From Vairimorpha necatrix (Eukaryota), in contig CP142732.1 of assembly GCA_036630325.1 (NCBI GenBank), forward strand, positions 1,116,001 through 1,180,000: 64,000 nt of DNA, read 5' to 3'. The stretch's first letter is position 1. Each line of letters opens with the position of its first letter. The translations under genes were made by a program, and so were the position numbers. Below are positions 41,357 through 52,834 of this stretch, piece by piece. Below the pieces are notes generated by a model. It was not told where the DNA came from, made no database searches, and was given only the letters and a program-made list of their open reading frames with translations.

Positions 41357-43737
41357 ATGTTATCACAAGGTGAAATTTTAAGAAATCCATCTAGAACAAG
41401 ATTTCAGAAAAAAACAAAGAAAAAAAGAGATTCCGGAGGTATGTGGCCTTTCATAACTTGCATTTGTACATTCCTAATACCAAATTTCGTTTTAAGTTGT
41501 TTTGGTATGAAAACGGAAGAAGTACGGAATGCATGGAGAGAAAAGGTTGCCCTTTGTGTTTGTATTGCTTTGTGTTGTTGTACTTTGACATTTTTGACTT
41601 ATGGCATGACAACAATTGTTTGTAAGGGAGGTAATCAATATGTATTTGGTAAATTAAAAAATGCAAAATTAAAAAACGCAGTCATTACTAATGGAAGTAT
41701 TTATTTGACAAAAGATTCGTCCTATAGTTTAGATAAGATTTATACTGGAACATTTAAAAATAAAAGTGAAGCTTGTTCAAGTGCATTTGGTAGACAATTG
41801 CTTAGTGGTCGTAGGAGTATGGATAAACTGAATAGAATTGCTCCAATATGTTTTGATTATTCTTATATTGTAAAAAATAACTTCATCGTTATTGATAATA
41901 AAGTATATGATACGAATTTATGTAAAGAGTCGACATATAAAGAATTTATTAAAAAGTATGCTGGCGGGGAAGCAAAACAAGATTATCTAACCACTGAAGA
42001 ATTTCAATGCTTTAAAGATACATTTTTTTCGGGGGAAGTAGCTGGGAAAACCAGAGGTTGTTATATCGCCGATGCTTTCTTGTACATAACAACAGTTATT
42101 ATTTTCAGCTTAATATTTGCGAAGTTTGTATTAGCGACTGTATATTCTTGGCACATGAGAAGAAAAGTAAAGAGTTCTCCGTGTGTTACACCTTCTATCA
42201 TGTTGGTTACATGTTATTCAGAAGACGAAGAAGGAATTAGAAATACCATTGATAGCCTTTGTAAACAAGATTATGACTATGAAAACAAATTAATTATGGT
42301 CATATCTGATGGAGAAATAACAGGATCCAATAATATAAAAAGTACACCAGAACTTATATTAGGATTAATGGAGACAGAAGGTTCATCGCCTCAGCCAAAG
42401 AATTATGTTTCATTGATGCCTGGATCTAAAAGAGTCAATAGAGCAATTGTATATTCAGGATATTACAAAACAAGAAGTTTAGACTTAGATTTCGGCGCAA
42501 AAGAACCATCAAAATGTAGAATGATTTTTATAAGAAAATGCGGAAATGAGTTTGAGACATTTAAAGCTGGAAATAGAGGAAAACGAGACAGTCAAGTTTT
42601 ATTAATGTCTTTTTTTTCTAAATTAATTTATAATGATAGATTGTCTGAATTAGACTTCGAGCTTTACAATAAAATGAAAGCTTTAATGCCGCATATAGAT
42701 CCTAAAGATTTTGAATGTATTTTGATGGTAGACGCAGATACGGTAGTAAAGCCAGATGCACTTACGAAAATGATAAATATATTTGAGACAGATCCTAAAG
42801 TAATAGGAATATGCGGAGAAACCATGATATCTAATAAATGTGAGAGCTGGGTAAGTATGATTCAAGTGTTTGAATATTATATTAGTCATCATCTCACCAA
42901 AACATTTGAATCAGTTTTCGGTGGTGTAACTTGCCTTCCTGGTTGCTTTTGTATGTATAGAATAAAAATTATAACTGACGAAGAAGGAAATGTTGTTACA
43001 GGACATAGATCCAATACTAGAAGAATATTCAATGAAGACGTAACTCAAAAAATTGCTTGCCTATTTTAGCTAATCCTTTTATTATCAATTCCTATTCAGT
43101 ATATGAAGCTAAAACCCTACACCAAAAAAATCTATTACATCTAGGCGAAGATCGATACCTGACAACCCTACTTCTGAAAAACTTCTTTAAGAGGAAATTA
43201 ATCTTCGTACCACAAGCTAAATGTGAAACATATGTACCAGGAGAATTCAAAATTTTACTGAGCCAAAGGAGAAGATGGATAAATTCTACAATTCATAATT
43301 TGTTCGAATTGGCTATTGTCGATAAATTATGTGGAGTATTCTGCTGTTCGATGCAATTTGTAGTTATTGTGGAACTATTCGGTACTCTTGTTCTTCCTGC
43401 TGCAATTGTATTTACAGTTGTGTTGATAGTCTCATCAATAATTAATGAACCAGCTTGGATTCCATTGATAATGTTAGGCGGTATATTTTTATTACCCGCC
43501 GTTTTAATTCTCATTACTACATTTCAAATTAGTTACATATTTTGGTTATTAATCTATATCATTTCTATACCAATATGGAATTTTGTATTACCTATGTATG
43601 CCTTTTGGCATTTCGATGATTTTTCATGGGGAGATACTAGAAAAATAGATGGAGCTGAAAATAACGAAGAAGAAGTAGAGAATGAGCAACAAAAAATAAT
43701 ACTCAAAGAATTAGAAGATTTAAAAGGATCTAAATAA
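41357..43737 (+). CDS. CHS: Chitin synthase (class IV-like), split by a one-base frameshift near 43050
   Basis: [32 protein letters not shown] in the first ORF; LGEDRYL, QRRRW, DDFSWG in the second. Confidence 0.93.
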
Positions 43738-44149
43738 ATCTACACGTTATAAATATACAAAAATTATTGTATAGCACATAATATATTAGAATTAAAAAAA
43801 TTATTTTTTAATAAAATTAATTTCAATATCAAACAAATAGAAAGTGCTACCTTTTTTGCGAAATATGTTTTGTAGTCAGAAGGAATTTTACTTTCCTGTA
43901 CGTATACTAATTTTTTTTGTATGTTTTACACGACAAAAAATATTATGTATAATTAGAATGCAATAAAATTGATAAACTATTTGATGTATTTTGTAGTAAC
44001 ATAATCAAAAAGTACGGTGCGTTTATTTCATTAAAAATTTATTGAATGCGTCTTAATATCAATTTAAATCGAAAATGGCGCAATAAATAAACTATTTTTT
44101 TATTTAATTATTAATATTTAATTTTTTAAAAATCTAATAACAAAATGAT

Positions 44150-45793
44150 TTAATCAAAAGTTCTTTCTAATCTCGATTTTAGTATTTTCCTTGTGTTATT
44201 TATCTCAGACACATTTAAATTATTTTCATTATGAGTTTTATCAATTTTATCATCTAGACTTTTGAGTAAAGAAATTGTTTGATAAATATTTTTCCATTCT
44301 TGTCTGATAGCTGAAGAAAAACGATTTTTTTCTTTAAACATTTCAGTAAATACTTTCATTATACTAAAACTTGGTGTTTGTCGCATATAAAAAAGCTTTT
44401 CGAGAAATTTTATCGTAGTGGATTTGTTACTTTCTTCTTTTTCTTTAATTAAGTCTCCGATAAGTTTTAATCTATTGTATACTTGTTCTTCGACGTATTC
44501 ATTTTCATTGATAATATTTTCCACTTTATAAAATAAACAAACTTTTACCATATAAGAAATCTGTTTGTCAGCATATATTAATACGTTTTTGATTCGATCC
44601 GCTATGTCATTAATTTTATATTTATCCAAATCATTCAACATATCTATACTTAATAGCTTTAGATTCACACAAAGATGCTTAAAAAAAATATTTAATCCGG
44701 ATTCATCTTTCGTTAAAATCTTTTTAACGAGAGATTCTACCAAATTATTTTTTGTTATCAACAAATAAAAATATTCAATCTCTTCGAACTTTCTCACTCT
44801 TAAATTATAAAAAAACGTTATTACTAATTTAAGCTCATTAAAGCTTGAGTCTTGAATTTTATTTGTTGCCTCATTCCTAAACAAAAAATCTCCTGTAGTA
44901 TAAACTGTTATTTGATCCATATATTTGAAAGTTATATAATTTTCGAATAAATCAACATCTATCGACAAATCAATATATTTCTCATCAATAAAATCGTAAT
45001 ATATAATTTCAATTGAGTTGTATTCAAATTTCATTTTTGATATTTTTAATGATTTGTACACGTCATTTAACTCATAGATTTTATATAAGGAAAGAGTAGA
45101 TTCCAATATCTTTTTATCATAAACAACATGACTTAAGTGACGCAATAAAGACTTGATAAAAACAGTTTCCAATTTCAACTCTTCTATATCGATCTCAAAT
45201 AAATTTATTAGATTATTATTTTGTATAAAAAAATTGATAAATAATGAATTATCTTTTTTTACAGTATAAATTTCGTCAACGTATTTTTTGTTCTTCAAAT
45301 TATAATTTTTGTTTATATTTAAGCTAGCTCTATATAAATGACTTTTTTGATCAACAATGTTTTCATAGTAATTTTTATACTTGTTTTTATTTCTTTTTTT
45401 ATTTTTGTTTACTTCTTTTATATGTTTAATAATACATTCTATATTTTTATTCAATAAAAAATCTTTTCTATTATAAACTAATAATTTCGAACGAGGAGAT
45501 AACTCTAGATATGATGCAATATGTTCTTCTATCTTTCTTGATATATCGTGTATTGAATATTGTTTAGACAAAGGAGGGAAGTTTATTCTATTATCATTCG
45601 AAAATATTTCAACGGAAAAAAATTTGCATTCTTCTTTAATGTTTATATATTCTATATCACAGACTTGTCTTGTATCTATTTGAGCATAATCTTCTAAAAA
45701 TATTTTTTCTATCAAAATGCTTCTAATTCTATTGAGAAGCAATTCGCTAGCTGTTATTAGTAAAATTAAAGAAAAAATTATTCTCAAATTCAT
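44150..45793 (-). CDS. Orphan secreted protein (547 aa)
   Basis: Long ORF, signal-like MNLRIIFSLILLITAS, CCC motif upstream. Confidence 0.8.
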   Translation of the reverse strand: MNLRIIFSLILLITASELLLNRIRSILIEKIFLEDYAQIDTRQVCDIEYINIKEECKFFSVEIFSNDNRINFPPLSKQYSIHDISRKIEEHIASYLELSPRSKLLVYNRKDFLLNKNIECIIKHIKEVNKNKKRNKNKYKNYYENIVDQKSHLYRASLNINKNYNLKNKKYVDEIYTVKKDNSLFINFFIQNNNLINLFEIDIEELKLETVFIKSLLRHLSHVVYDKKILESTLSLYKIYELNDVYKSLKISKMKFEYNSIEIIYYDFIDEKYIDLSIDVDLFENYITFKYMDQITVYTTGDFLFRNEATNKIQDSSFNELKLVITFFYNLRVRKFEEIEYFYLLITKNNLVESLVKKILTKDESGLNIFFKHLCVNLKLLSIDMLNDLDKYKINDIADRIKNVLIYADKQISYMVKVCLFYKVENIINENEYVEEQVYNRLKLIGDLIKEKEESNKSTTIKFLEKLFYMRQTPSFSIMKVFTEMFKEKNRFSSAIRQEWKNIYQTISLLKSLDDKIDKTHNENNLNVSEINNTRKILKSRLERTFD

Positions 45794-46440
45794 ATGGGTT
45801 ACAAAAAGAAAAATAATATTAAAACAATTTGTAGATTTATTTTACATTATTTTTTGCTTTTGAATTAAACAAAAAACGAAATTTTAAGCAATGCGATACT
45901 TATTTAAAGACTTGATAAATTTGCAGCTCTGACAAAACCTACAAAATTAATATCAGATATAATTGGAGAATTTTAAATACGTTAAATGTCATTTGAGCCT
46001 TTTGTAATCCACAGACATCTACTTGAACTAGTCTAGTTGTTGTGTCGACAAAATGTTAAAGGAAAACATGTAATTCACAATAAAACAAAACCATTACCAA
46101 TTAAATAAAAACTGCACTTTTAGCCCAAAATATGTGATTCTAAGAGAAATTTGTAATCAATTTGTGAGTCAGACTTGTTTGTACACACAAAGAAACATGA
46201 ATATAAATCCTTAAGACAAAGTTTAGAGGGTATGGCGGAGCTTGTTTCAATATAGACTAAGAGGATGGGATTTAGTGAGATCGAGTCTCTCTGTATCGAC
46301 CATTCTTTCAGTATCACTGATAGATGTTGTTGTACACCGACATTTCTTCGTCCTTTGACAACAAAAAAAATTAAAATATAAAATAAAAACATCTTTTTTT
46401 GTTCATGATGATTATAATAATTGTAAGTCTAAAAGATAAT

Positions 46441-47421
46441 TTATTGATCGGATGTTATATTGGTAAGTTTAATTGCTTCCACTGGAGCTAATTCATAGGA
46501 TCTTTTGCTTTTCTTATATTTTCGAATAAAATAAAATAAAATTATGCCTACGACTAGAATTATAAAGAACAATAAAACCAAAAACAACATATAACTAGAT
46601 CTAAAATATAAAGAATAGCCGCTTTGACTACCTTGTACGTCAATGTCTGCAGAATTTCCATTGAGTGTTGAGTTGTAGGGCAACAACTTGAAATCACTTT
46701 CAGTAGTATTGGGCACATCTACACTTGTATTTTGTAAAAAAATTTCTTTTGTTAAATTTGATGTTACATAGTTTTCTGTGTTTTTTAACAGCAACGAATC
46801 ATTTATGTTACCTCTTTGTTTCTGGTGGGATCTTTCTATAGTTTCTTTTGTTGCATTAAAATCAAAGTAATTTTCGCACCCTATTCTATCTAAAAATTTT
46901 TTATCAAAGCATTGTTTAAGTTTGACAGTTCTAGAAAATAAAGATGCGCCTTTGTAGATTTCAAAACTATCTTTTATGATATTTTCTAAATCCGGACCTA
47001 ATATCACCATATCGTGTTCTTTATCATATTCACCATATACTTCACAGAGGTACAAAAGTTCAACCATAGGAACTACTTCTGTTGCAATCGAATCGAGCTG
47101 TTCAGTGTGGGACAGCATCAAGACATTTATATTTTCGGATGGCAAATATCTTTCGGTTGTTTTATTACATCCCAGTTCTCCAAAATACTCTCTTTCTGAG
47201 TGATTATGTTGTTTTATTTTAAGATAACTGTCCCCCTTATAAATTATTTTAATAATAACGTCGTAGATAGCTCTATATAAGGCCTTCAAATATGCTAGAT
47301 CGTAATTAATCTTCTTAAATAAATTTTCTTTTGATTTTAAAGATGAATTTTTATTGTCAAAATACTCATTTAAATCATTGATACTGATTACAAACTTTAA
47401 AAACCATAAAATTAATATCAT
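46441..47421 (-). CDS. Orphan type-I membrane protein (signal peptide, S/T/N-rich stalk, TM, basic tail)
   Basis: 326-aa ORF; TM LFLVLLFFIILVVGIILFYFI followed by RKYKKSKR; CCCCC upstream. Confidence 0.82.
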   Translation of the reverse strand: MILILWFLKFVISINDLNEYFDNKNSSLKSKENLFKKINYDLAYLKALYRAIYDVIIKIIYKGDSYLKIKQHNHSEREYFGELGCNKTTERYLPSENINVLMLSHTEQLDSIATEVVPMVELLYLCEVYGEYDKEHDMVILGPDLENIIKDSFEIYKGASLFSRTVKLKQCFDKKFLDRIGCENYFDFNATKETIERSHQKQRGNINDSLLLKNTENYVTSNLTKEIFLQNTSVDVPNTTESDFKLLPYNSTLNGNSADIDVQGSQSGYSLYFRSSYMLFLVLLFFIILVVGIILFYFIRKYKKSKRSYELAPVEAIKLTNITSDQ

Positions 47422-49386
47422 AATATAGGGGGAATATTTTTTGAAATTTTTTACTAAATTTCCTAAATGATGGTTTTCGGTATTACGGTTTTAAAATACC
47501 ATAAAAACTTGAGACCAAAGCTTTTTATAGACATAAGAAATAAATAAACACAAAGGATTATGTCTATCTACTTAAAATGTATTTATTTACTTAATGTTCA
47601 TATTTATGATAGACTTCATGTTAAAACATTCAATAAACTGTTAAAAATCTCATAAAGTAACTTATAAACAAAAATAAATTGTTTTTATAAGATCAATTTT
47701 TTAAAATAGCAAAATATGGAAGAAAACGTGTTAAATGAAAATATAAAAAAAAAAAACAACAATTAAATATAGTTACATCATGTGATAAATTTGGTTTAAA
47801 CAATAATTCTAATATATTTTGATTTTTTATGATACATTCATTTGAAATAAATTAAATATTTGTATTTACTGACACTAAAAGCCGTTTTGATGTACGCACC
47901 CGACAATAATGATATTATATTTGTGATTTCACAAGGGGTAAATACACATTTAATTTACAAAATTGCTCATAAATTTAATAATTATGGTTATATATTTACA
48001 CTGTAGAGTCATTACAAGATCGCGCAATAAACGAATTAGGATACTCTGAATTTTACAGACAGTAGAAAAACATAGCTTCCTAATGAAATATCTTATTAGA
48101 ATAATTTAATATCATTTCTTAAGATGGAGAAATAAAAATGATCCTTTAGACCATTAGAAAATTAAACTTTAATTAGTATTACACTTTTTTCCGGTTATTA
48201 CTCTAAGGTAACAATAATTTTTTTGTAAATCCAAGGTGCTCATTAAAGCATCCACCGAGTCTCTAGAAATATTCTCATACTCAAATTCCAATATGATGGG
48301 TATCAGCGGGGGTTTATGCTCTATTTATAATGCATTAATCCTATCATTATCAGTAAATTTCGCAAAAATACTATATTGCAAACAAATTGTCTCTCATTAT
48401 GGAGTACTAATTTCTATTACTTACATCTAGGACAAAAGATGGTGTGAGACAAATTCATAAAGACTCAGTTAAGGCTCAAAAACTCTGCCTAGATTTAAGG
48501 CCATATTCAATCTAAAGCCTCGAATAAACTTTGAAACCAATGGTTTTAGAGGGAACTCTATATTAAAAAAGTACAAGATGAGGATCTTAGAATCAAAACC
48601 TTTGCAGCCGGATAACTACGACTCAGATACTTAGTACCGACATAGAATGTTTATATAAATCATTAATCTTTCTTAATAAAAAAAAATTTAAATACAAAAA
48701 TTGGGGTTATATCGTTATACGAAGATAACAATGTGCTAGTAAAGTTTAGTGATATACGGTTATCATAATTTTTTAATATTCCTTAATTGTGATTTTTTTT
48801 AATTTTAGCTAAAACAAAAAATATGTATCAATATTAATTATTTCTATAAGTAATTAAAATAAAATAATATTGTGTAATATAATATTTGAGACATAAAAAT
48901 TTACTATGAAAGCGGTTTAAAAAGAGTTTATCTTATAATTTTGGAATATCGAAATAAAAGCGATTTCAAAAGAAGAATTTTCTAAATTTATCATCTTTAG
49001 TATCTCACAAATTGTGTATTTATCTAGCAGTACACGAATTTATTTTCCGAAAATAAGTTTACGATACACAAAAGGGCAATTTTTGATCAGATAGAGGTAT
49101 CACCATTGGTGAATTTTTTCATCTTTATTAGAAATGTGATAACAGATAAGAATTTAGCCGTCAATGTTTCATTCAAATATTTTCGAACAGGGTATATATA
49201 ATGTTACATGAAATATGATCTAAATTTTTGCAAAAAATTCTTAAAATTTGTTTAAAAAGAAAAATTATTATTTTTAGTAGAGTAGTAAACAAAATTTCAA
49301 GAACAATAAAAAGAACTGTTTGTTTTTAGTAATTAATAATATTAATAAAAAAGTTGTATATCTAGAATATTTTTAATCCCATAAGG

Positions 49387-50517
49387 ATGAGGTCACGATT
49401 TTATTTGCCGTTTTTGTTTATATTTCTAATTTTTAAAATAAAAACTAGCAGTAAAGAGTCCGATTTACTTGCTGATATTTTTTATTTTGATAATAAAAAA
49501 AATTGTCATATAACTAAAAATTATAAAACAGGTGAGAGTTTTAAGAGGAATATTATTGAAATATTTGTAAATTTAGTATGGAAAACATTAACTAAAAATT
49601 CCATTTTCATTTGTACTTTAAAGAAAGACAATCTTCTGGAAAGTTTCCATGACAGAAAAAAGATATTAAAAAATGATTACATGACAAGGATTTTACCTTA
49701 TCTAGGAGCGTATGAAAATGATTATGTATATACAGGCTTGATAACTGATGCAGAAAAAAGATTTTTAGACATGATAGTCGCTAGAACGTATAAAATTTTT
49801 CGTTCGTTTCGCATCTGTTACAAAGACAAGCTAGATAAACCGTGCTCTCTTCTAATAACTATGAAAAAAATTATTAATAAAGGGATTTGTATTAAATCCA
49901 ATGGTATAAATAGGTATCCAGATTTCCATTACAAGTGGTGTAGTGATATCTTTTATTATTATGACAGTTGTTTTGACGAAAAATTCAAAAATCTTACAGT
50001 TTCATTTGCGAGGGACAGTAAAAAATATATAAGCGAATCTCTCTGTATGGATGAGTTCTATGAACTTAAAAATTTCAATTTTACTGATTCTACCTCTTTT
50101 GAGAATCTTGCTAATGCCTTTGGTTCTGCCTTTGATTGTGTACATAATAGTATTAAAACGGGTAACGGCTCTAAATACAAGAAAAATAAATCTAATGTTG
50201 ATTACCAAACTACCAAAAATTACTATAATTGTACAAATTCGGCTGAGATTTATAATGAAAGGCAATCTAGAGAAAATCTTAATGACACAACTTATGAAAG
50301 TATCATTAATGTCACTAATTCAGAGAATGAGATACACGAAACTACTTATGAAGGACCATTTAATTATAATATTAACAACAAAACCGAAAAAGGAATTGAA
50401 TATTTAAAAGACTTATTGAGCACCAACTTGAGCAATAGTGACATTCAGATCGCAGTACTTTTAGTGCCTGTTTTATTAATTTTATTAATTATTTATTTTT
50501 TTTTAAAGAAATATTAA
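49387..50517 (+). CDS. Orphan Cys-containing protein with signal peptide and C-terminal TM anchor
   Basis: 376-aa ORF; hydrophobic ends; N-x-S/T-rich stalk; CCC upstream. Confidence 0.82.
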   Translation: MRSRFYLPFLFIFLIFKIKTSSKESDLLADIFYFDNKKNCHITKNYKTGESFKRNIIEIFVNLVWKTLTKNSIFICTLKKDNLLESFHDRKKILKNDYMTRILPYLGAYENDYVYTGLITDAEKRFLDMIVARTYKIFRSFRICYKDKLDKPCSLLITMKKIINKGICIKSNGINRYPDFHYKWCSDIFYYYDSCFDEKFKNLTVSFARDSKKYISESLCMDEFYELKNFNFTDSTSFENLANAFGSAFDCVHNSIKTGNGSKYKKNKSNVDYQTTKNYYNCTNSAEIYNERQSRENLNDTTYESIINVTNSENEIHETTYEGPFNYNINNKTEKGIEYLKDLLSTNLSNSDIQIAVLLVPVLLILLIIYFFLKKY

Positions 50518-52441
50518 AAAATAGGTCATACAAATTTCATAATGGTAAAATTTATAACTGTATAGACTCCGAAGACATTCAAACATTGTAATATCGTCAT
50601 ACTTTTATTAAAAATGTAAATAAAAGTAAATTTTAAAAAACATACGGGGTCGTAGATTTTTTTTTATTGCGGTGTAAATTGAACATTTTTTATTTTTTTC
50701 ACTCCAACTATATTTTTTTGAAATTTTTTTCTGTATCAGTTAAGATAAGGTACAGAAACACAGAAAGCAAAGTTTCTGATTTATATCTTTTAAAAATTGT
50801 GTTAAAATACAAAAGAAATGCTCATGGATTTGTTACAATTTATTCGCCGCTTTGTTGGCAAAATCAGGGATAAACATTTTCATATGTATAAATAACTATT
50901 TGATAATACATACAGTTATTTTACTGTTTATAATTCTTTGGTTTACAAAGACAAAAGAAATAAGAAAATGTAACATTTGAGAATTTTTATGTTTTTCTAG
51001 CCATATATAACATTTTATTTCATAAAATCAGTAGATTAAAGAGTCAAGACCAAATTATATATAATGTTATAATTTAGAACAAATACATATTTTTATTTAT
51101 AACATTCTTATTTATCATTAATACTATTTATTTCAAAACGAATAATCAAATATATGAAATTTTATAATATAACTTCGGAAATGTTTGTAAGTATCCAAAT
51201 TAATATCTATTTTTTCACATCAGCTTTTTCGCTTTGGCATTCAAAGTTAGGGCTAAAAAACTCACATGTTCATATTCTTAAGTAAGGGCTTAGTTAAATT
51301 GTTTTATTTAATTTTAGAACATGAAATTAATACTTAGGCACTGTTTAAAAAGTATGTGTATGTAAAATAAATCTCTTAAAATTCTATTAGGCCCATACAT
51401 TTAACTCAAGGAAGCGAATTTTATTTAGTCAACTTATTTGTTAGCATTATTAAATGTTTACATGACCCTCATTAATGAAATTTATTTAGCCTTTATTATT
51501 CCATGCAGATTTATCTAATATTCGATTTTCCTTGTAAAATTTTTTTAAATAATCGAATATAACCTTATCTGCAATAAATTTCATTTATTTTTTGCTTTCT
51601 TTAGTTCATTAATACAGTAGGGATAATATTAAATTGAAAAAAGATACTTTTAAATGATAAACACGTATTTTATAGACCATGCATTCGTTTATATAATGTG
51701 ACAAACAAATAGAATAAGATATTCCTGTCTTTGTAATAACAAAGTTTTCTGCCATAAAACGATTCTAAAAAATTAAAAAAAAATTGAAGTTTACTTTTAA
51801 TCATTTTATAGTTTTTGAATATAGTCTCGTAAATATTCTTTACAAATTCTTAATTCTCTAGAGGTAACCTTAAAAATATAAAAAGAACAGAATTTTTACT
51901 TCATATTACATCAGGCTTTACAATATTAATACAAATCTAAATATGTTATTACTTATAAAACAATGTTTTTTTTCCATTTATTATCCTTTTTTTCACAACT
52001 TAACATTAAAAAATTATTATAAATTTAATAAATTGCAATAAACAAATTTGTCATAATTATCATTTTTCATTCGCAATATAATATTTAGAGATTATAATGC
52101 ATTTAAGTTCTTTAATTTTATTTAATTGCACATATACATGTATATATTAAAAAGCAGAACTACATAATCTAAAGGCTAACATTATTCATACGGAAAAGAT
52201 TTATTATTATAGCGCAATTTATAACACCAGGACATAACATCGAAACATAAAAATGAATATTTTGTGATGTAAAAAAATTTCGTATGTAAAATCATAATAT
52301 CTGCAATTCTAAGAATATAATTATTTTTAAAATATAAAATTATGAAAAACTGTGTTATTTTTTAATATTTTTAGTGACATGGGATATAAATATGAAACAT
52401 TTTAATTTTGTATTAAATGTCGAGTATCTCTTATTATGTTA

Positions 52442-52834
52442 CCGGGGGGGGGGGTACCGAATAAAAAATCCACCATCACAGTCGAATTTCACGATATTTA
52501 ACAAAAAAATTCTATAACTAGTATAAGATATCCACCCCGCGGTTAAATTGTAAAAAATATAATTTAAAAAAATGAAACCTGTTAAAAACTTGTAATTTTT
52601 TCATAGAAATCTTTGACTCGAGATCAGTAATACCTATTTTTTTCATTGTTTTACGCAATTTTTTAACTTTTTTAATATATCTTTTAGAGTGTAAGATTTT
52701 TTTTATAAGGGTAAATTGGTAAATTTTCATAAAAATTTAAAAGAAATTTTATACTTTTATATCAATAGATAAGATCAAATTGATTAGATCCATAGTCTTT
52801 TCTATGGACGGATCATTTACCCCAGAAACCCCGG
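52442..52834. mobile_element. Possible MITE with TA|CCGGGG...CCCCGG|TA ends
   Basis: Inverted match ttat(g/a)ttaccgggg, 13/14, at 52434-52447 vs 52829-52842; interior is non-coding. Confidence 0.35.
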
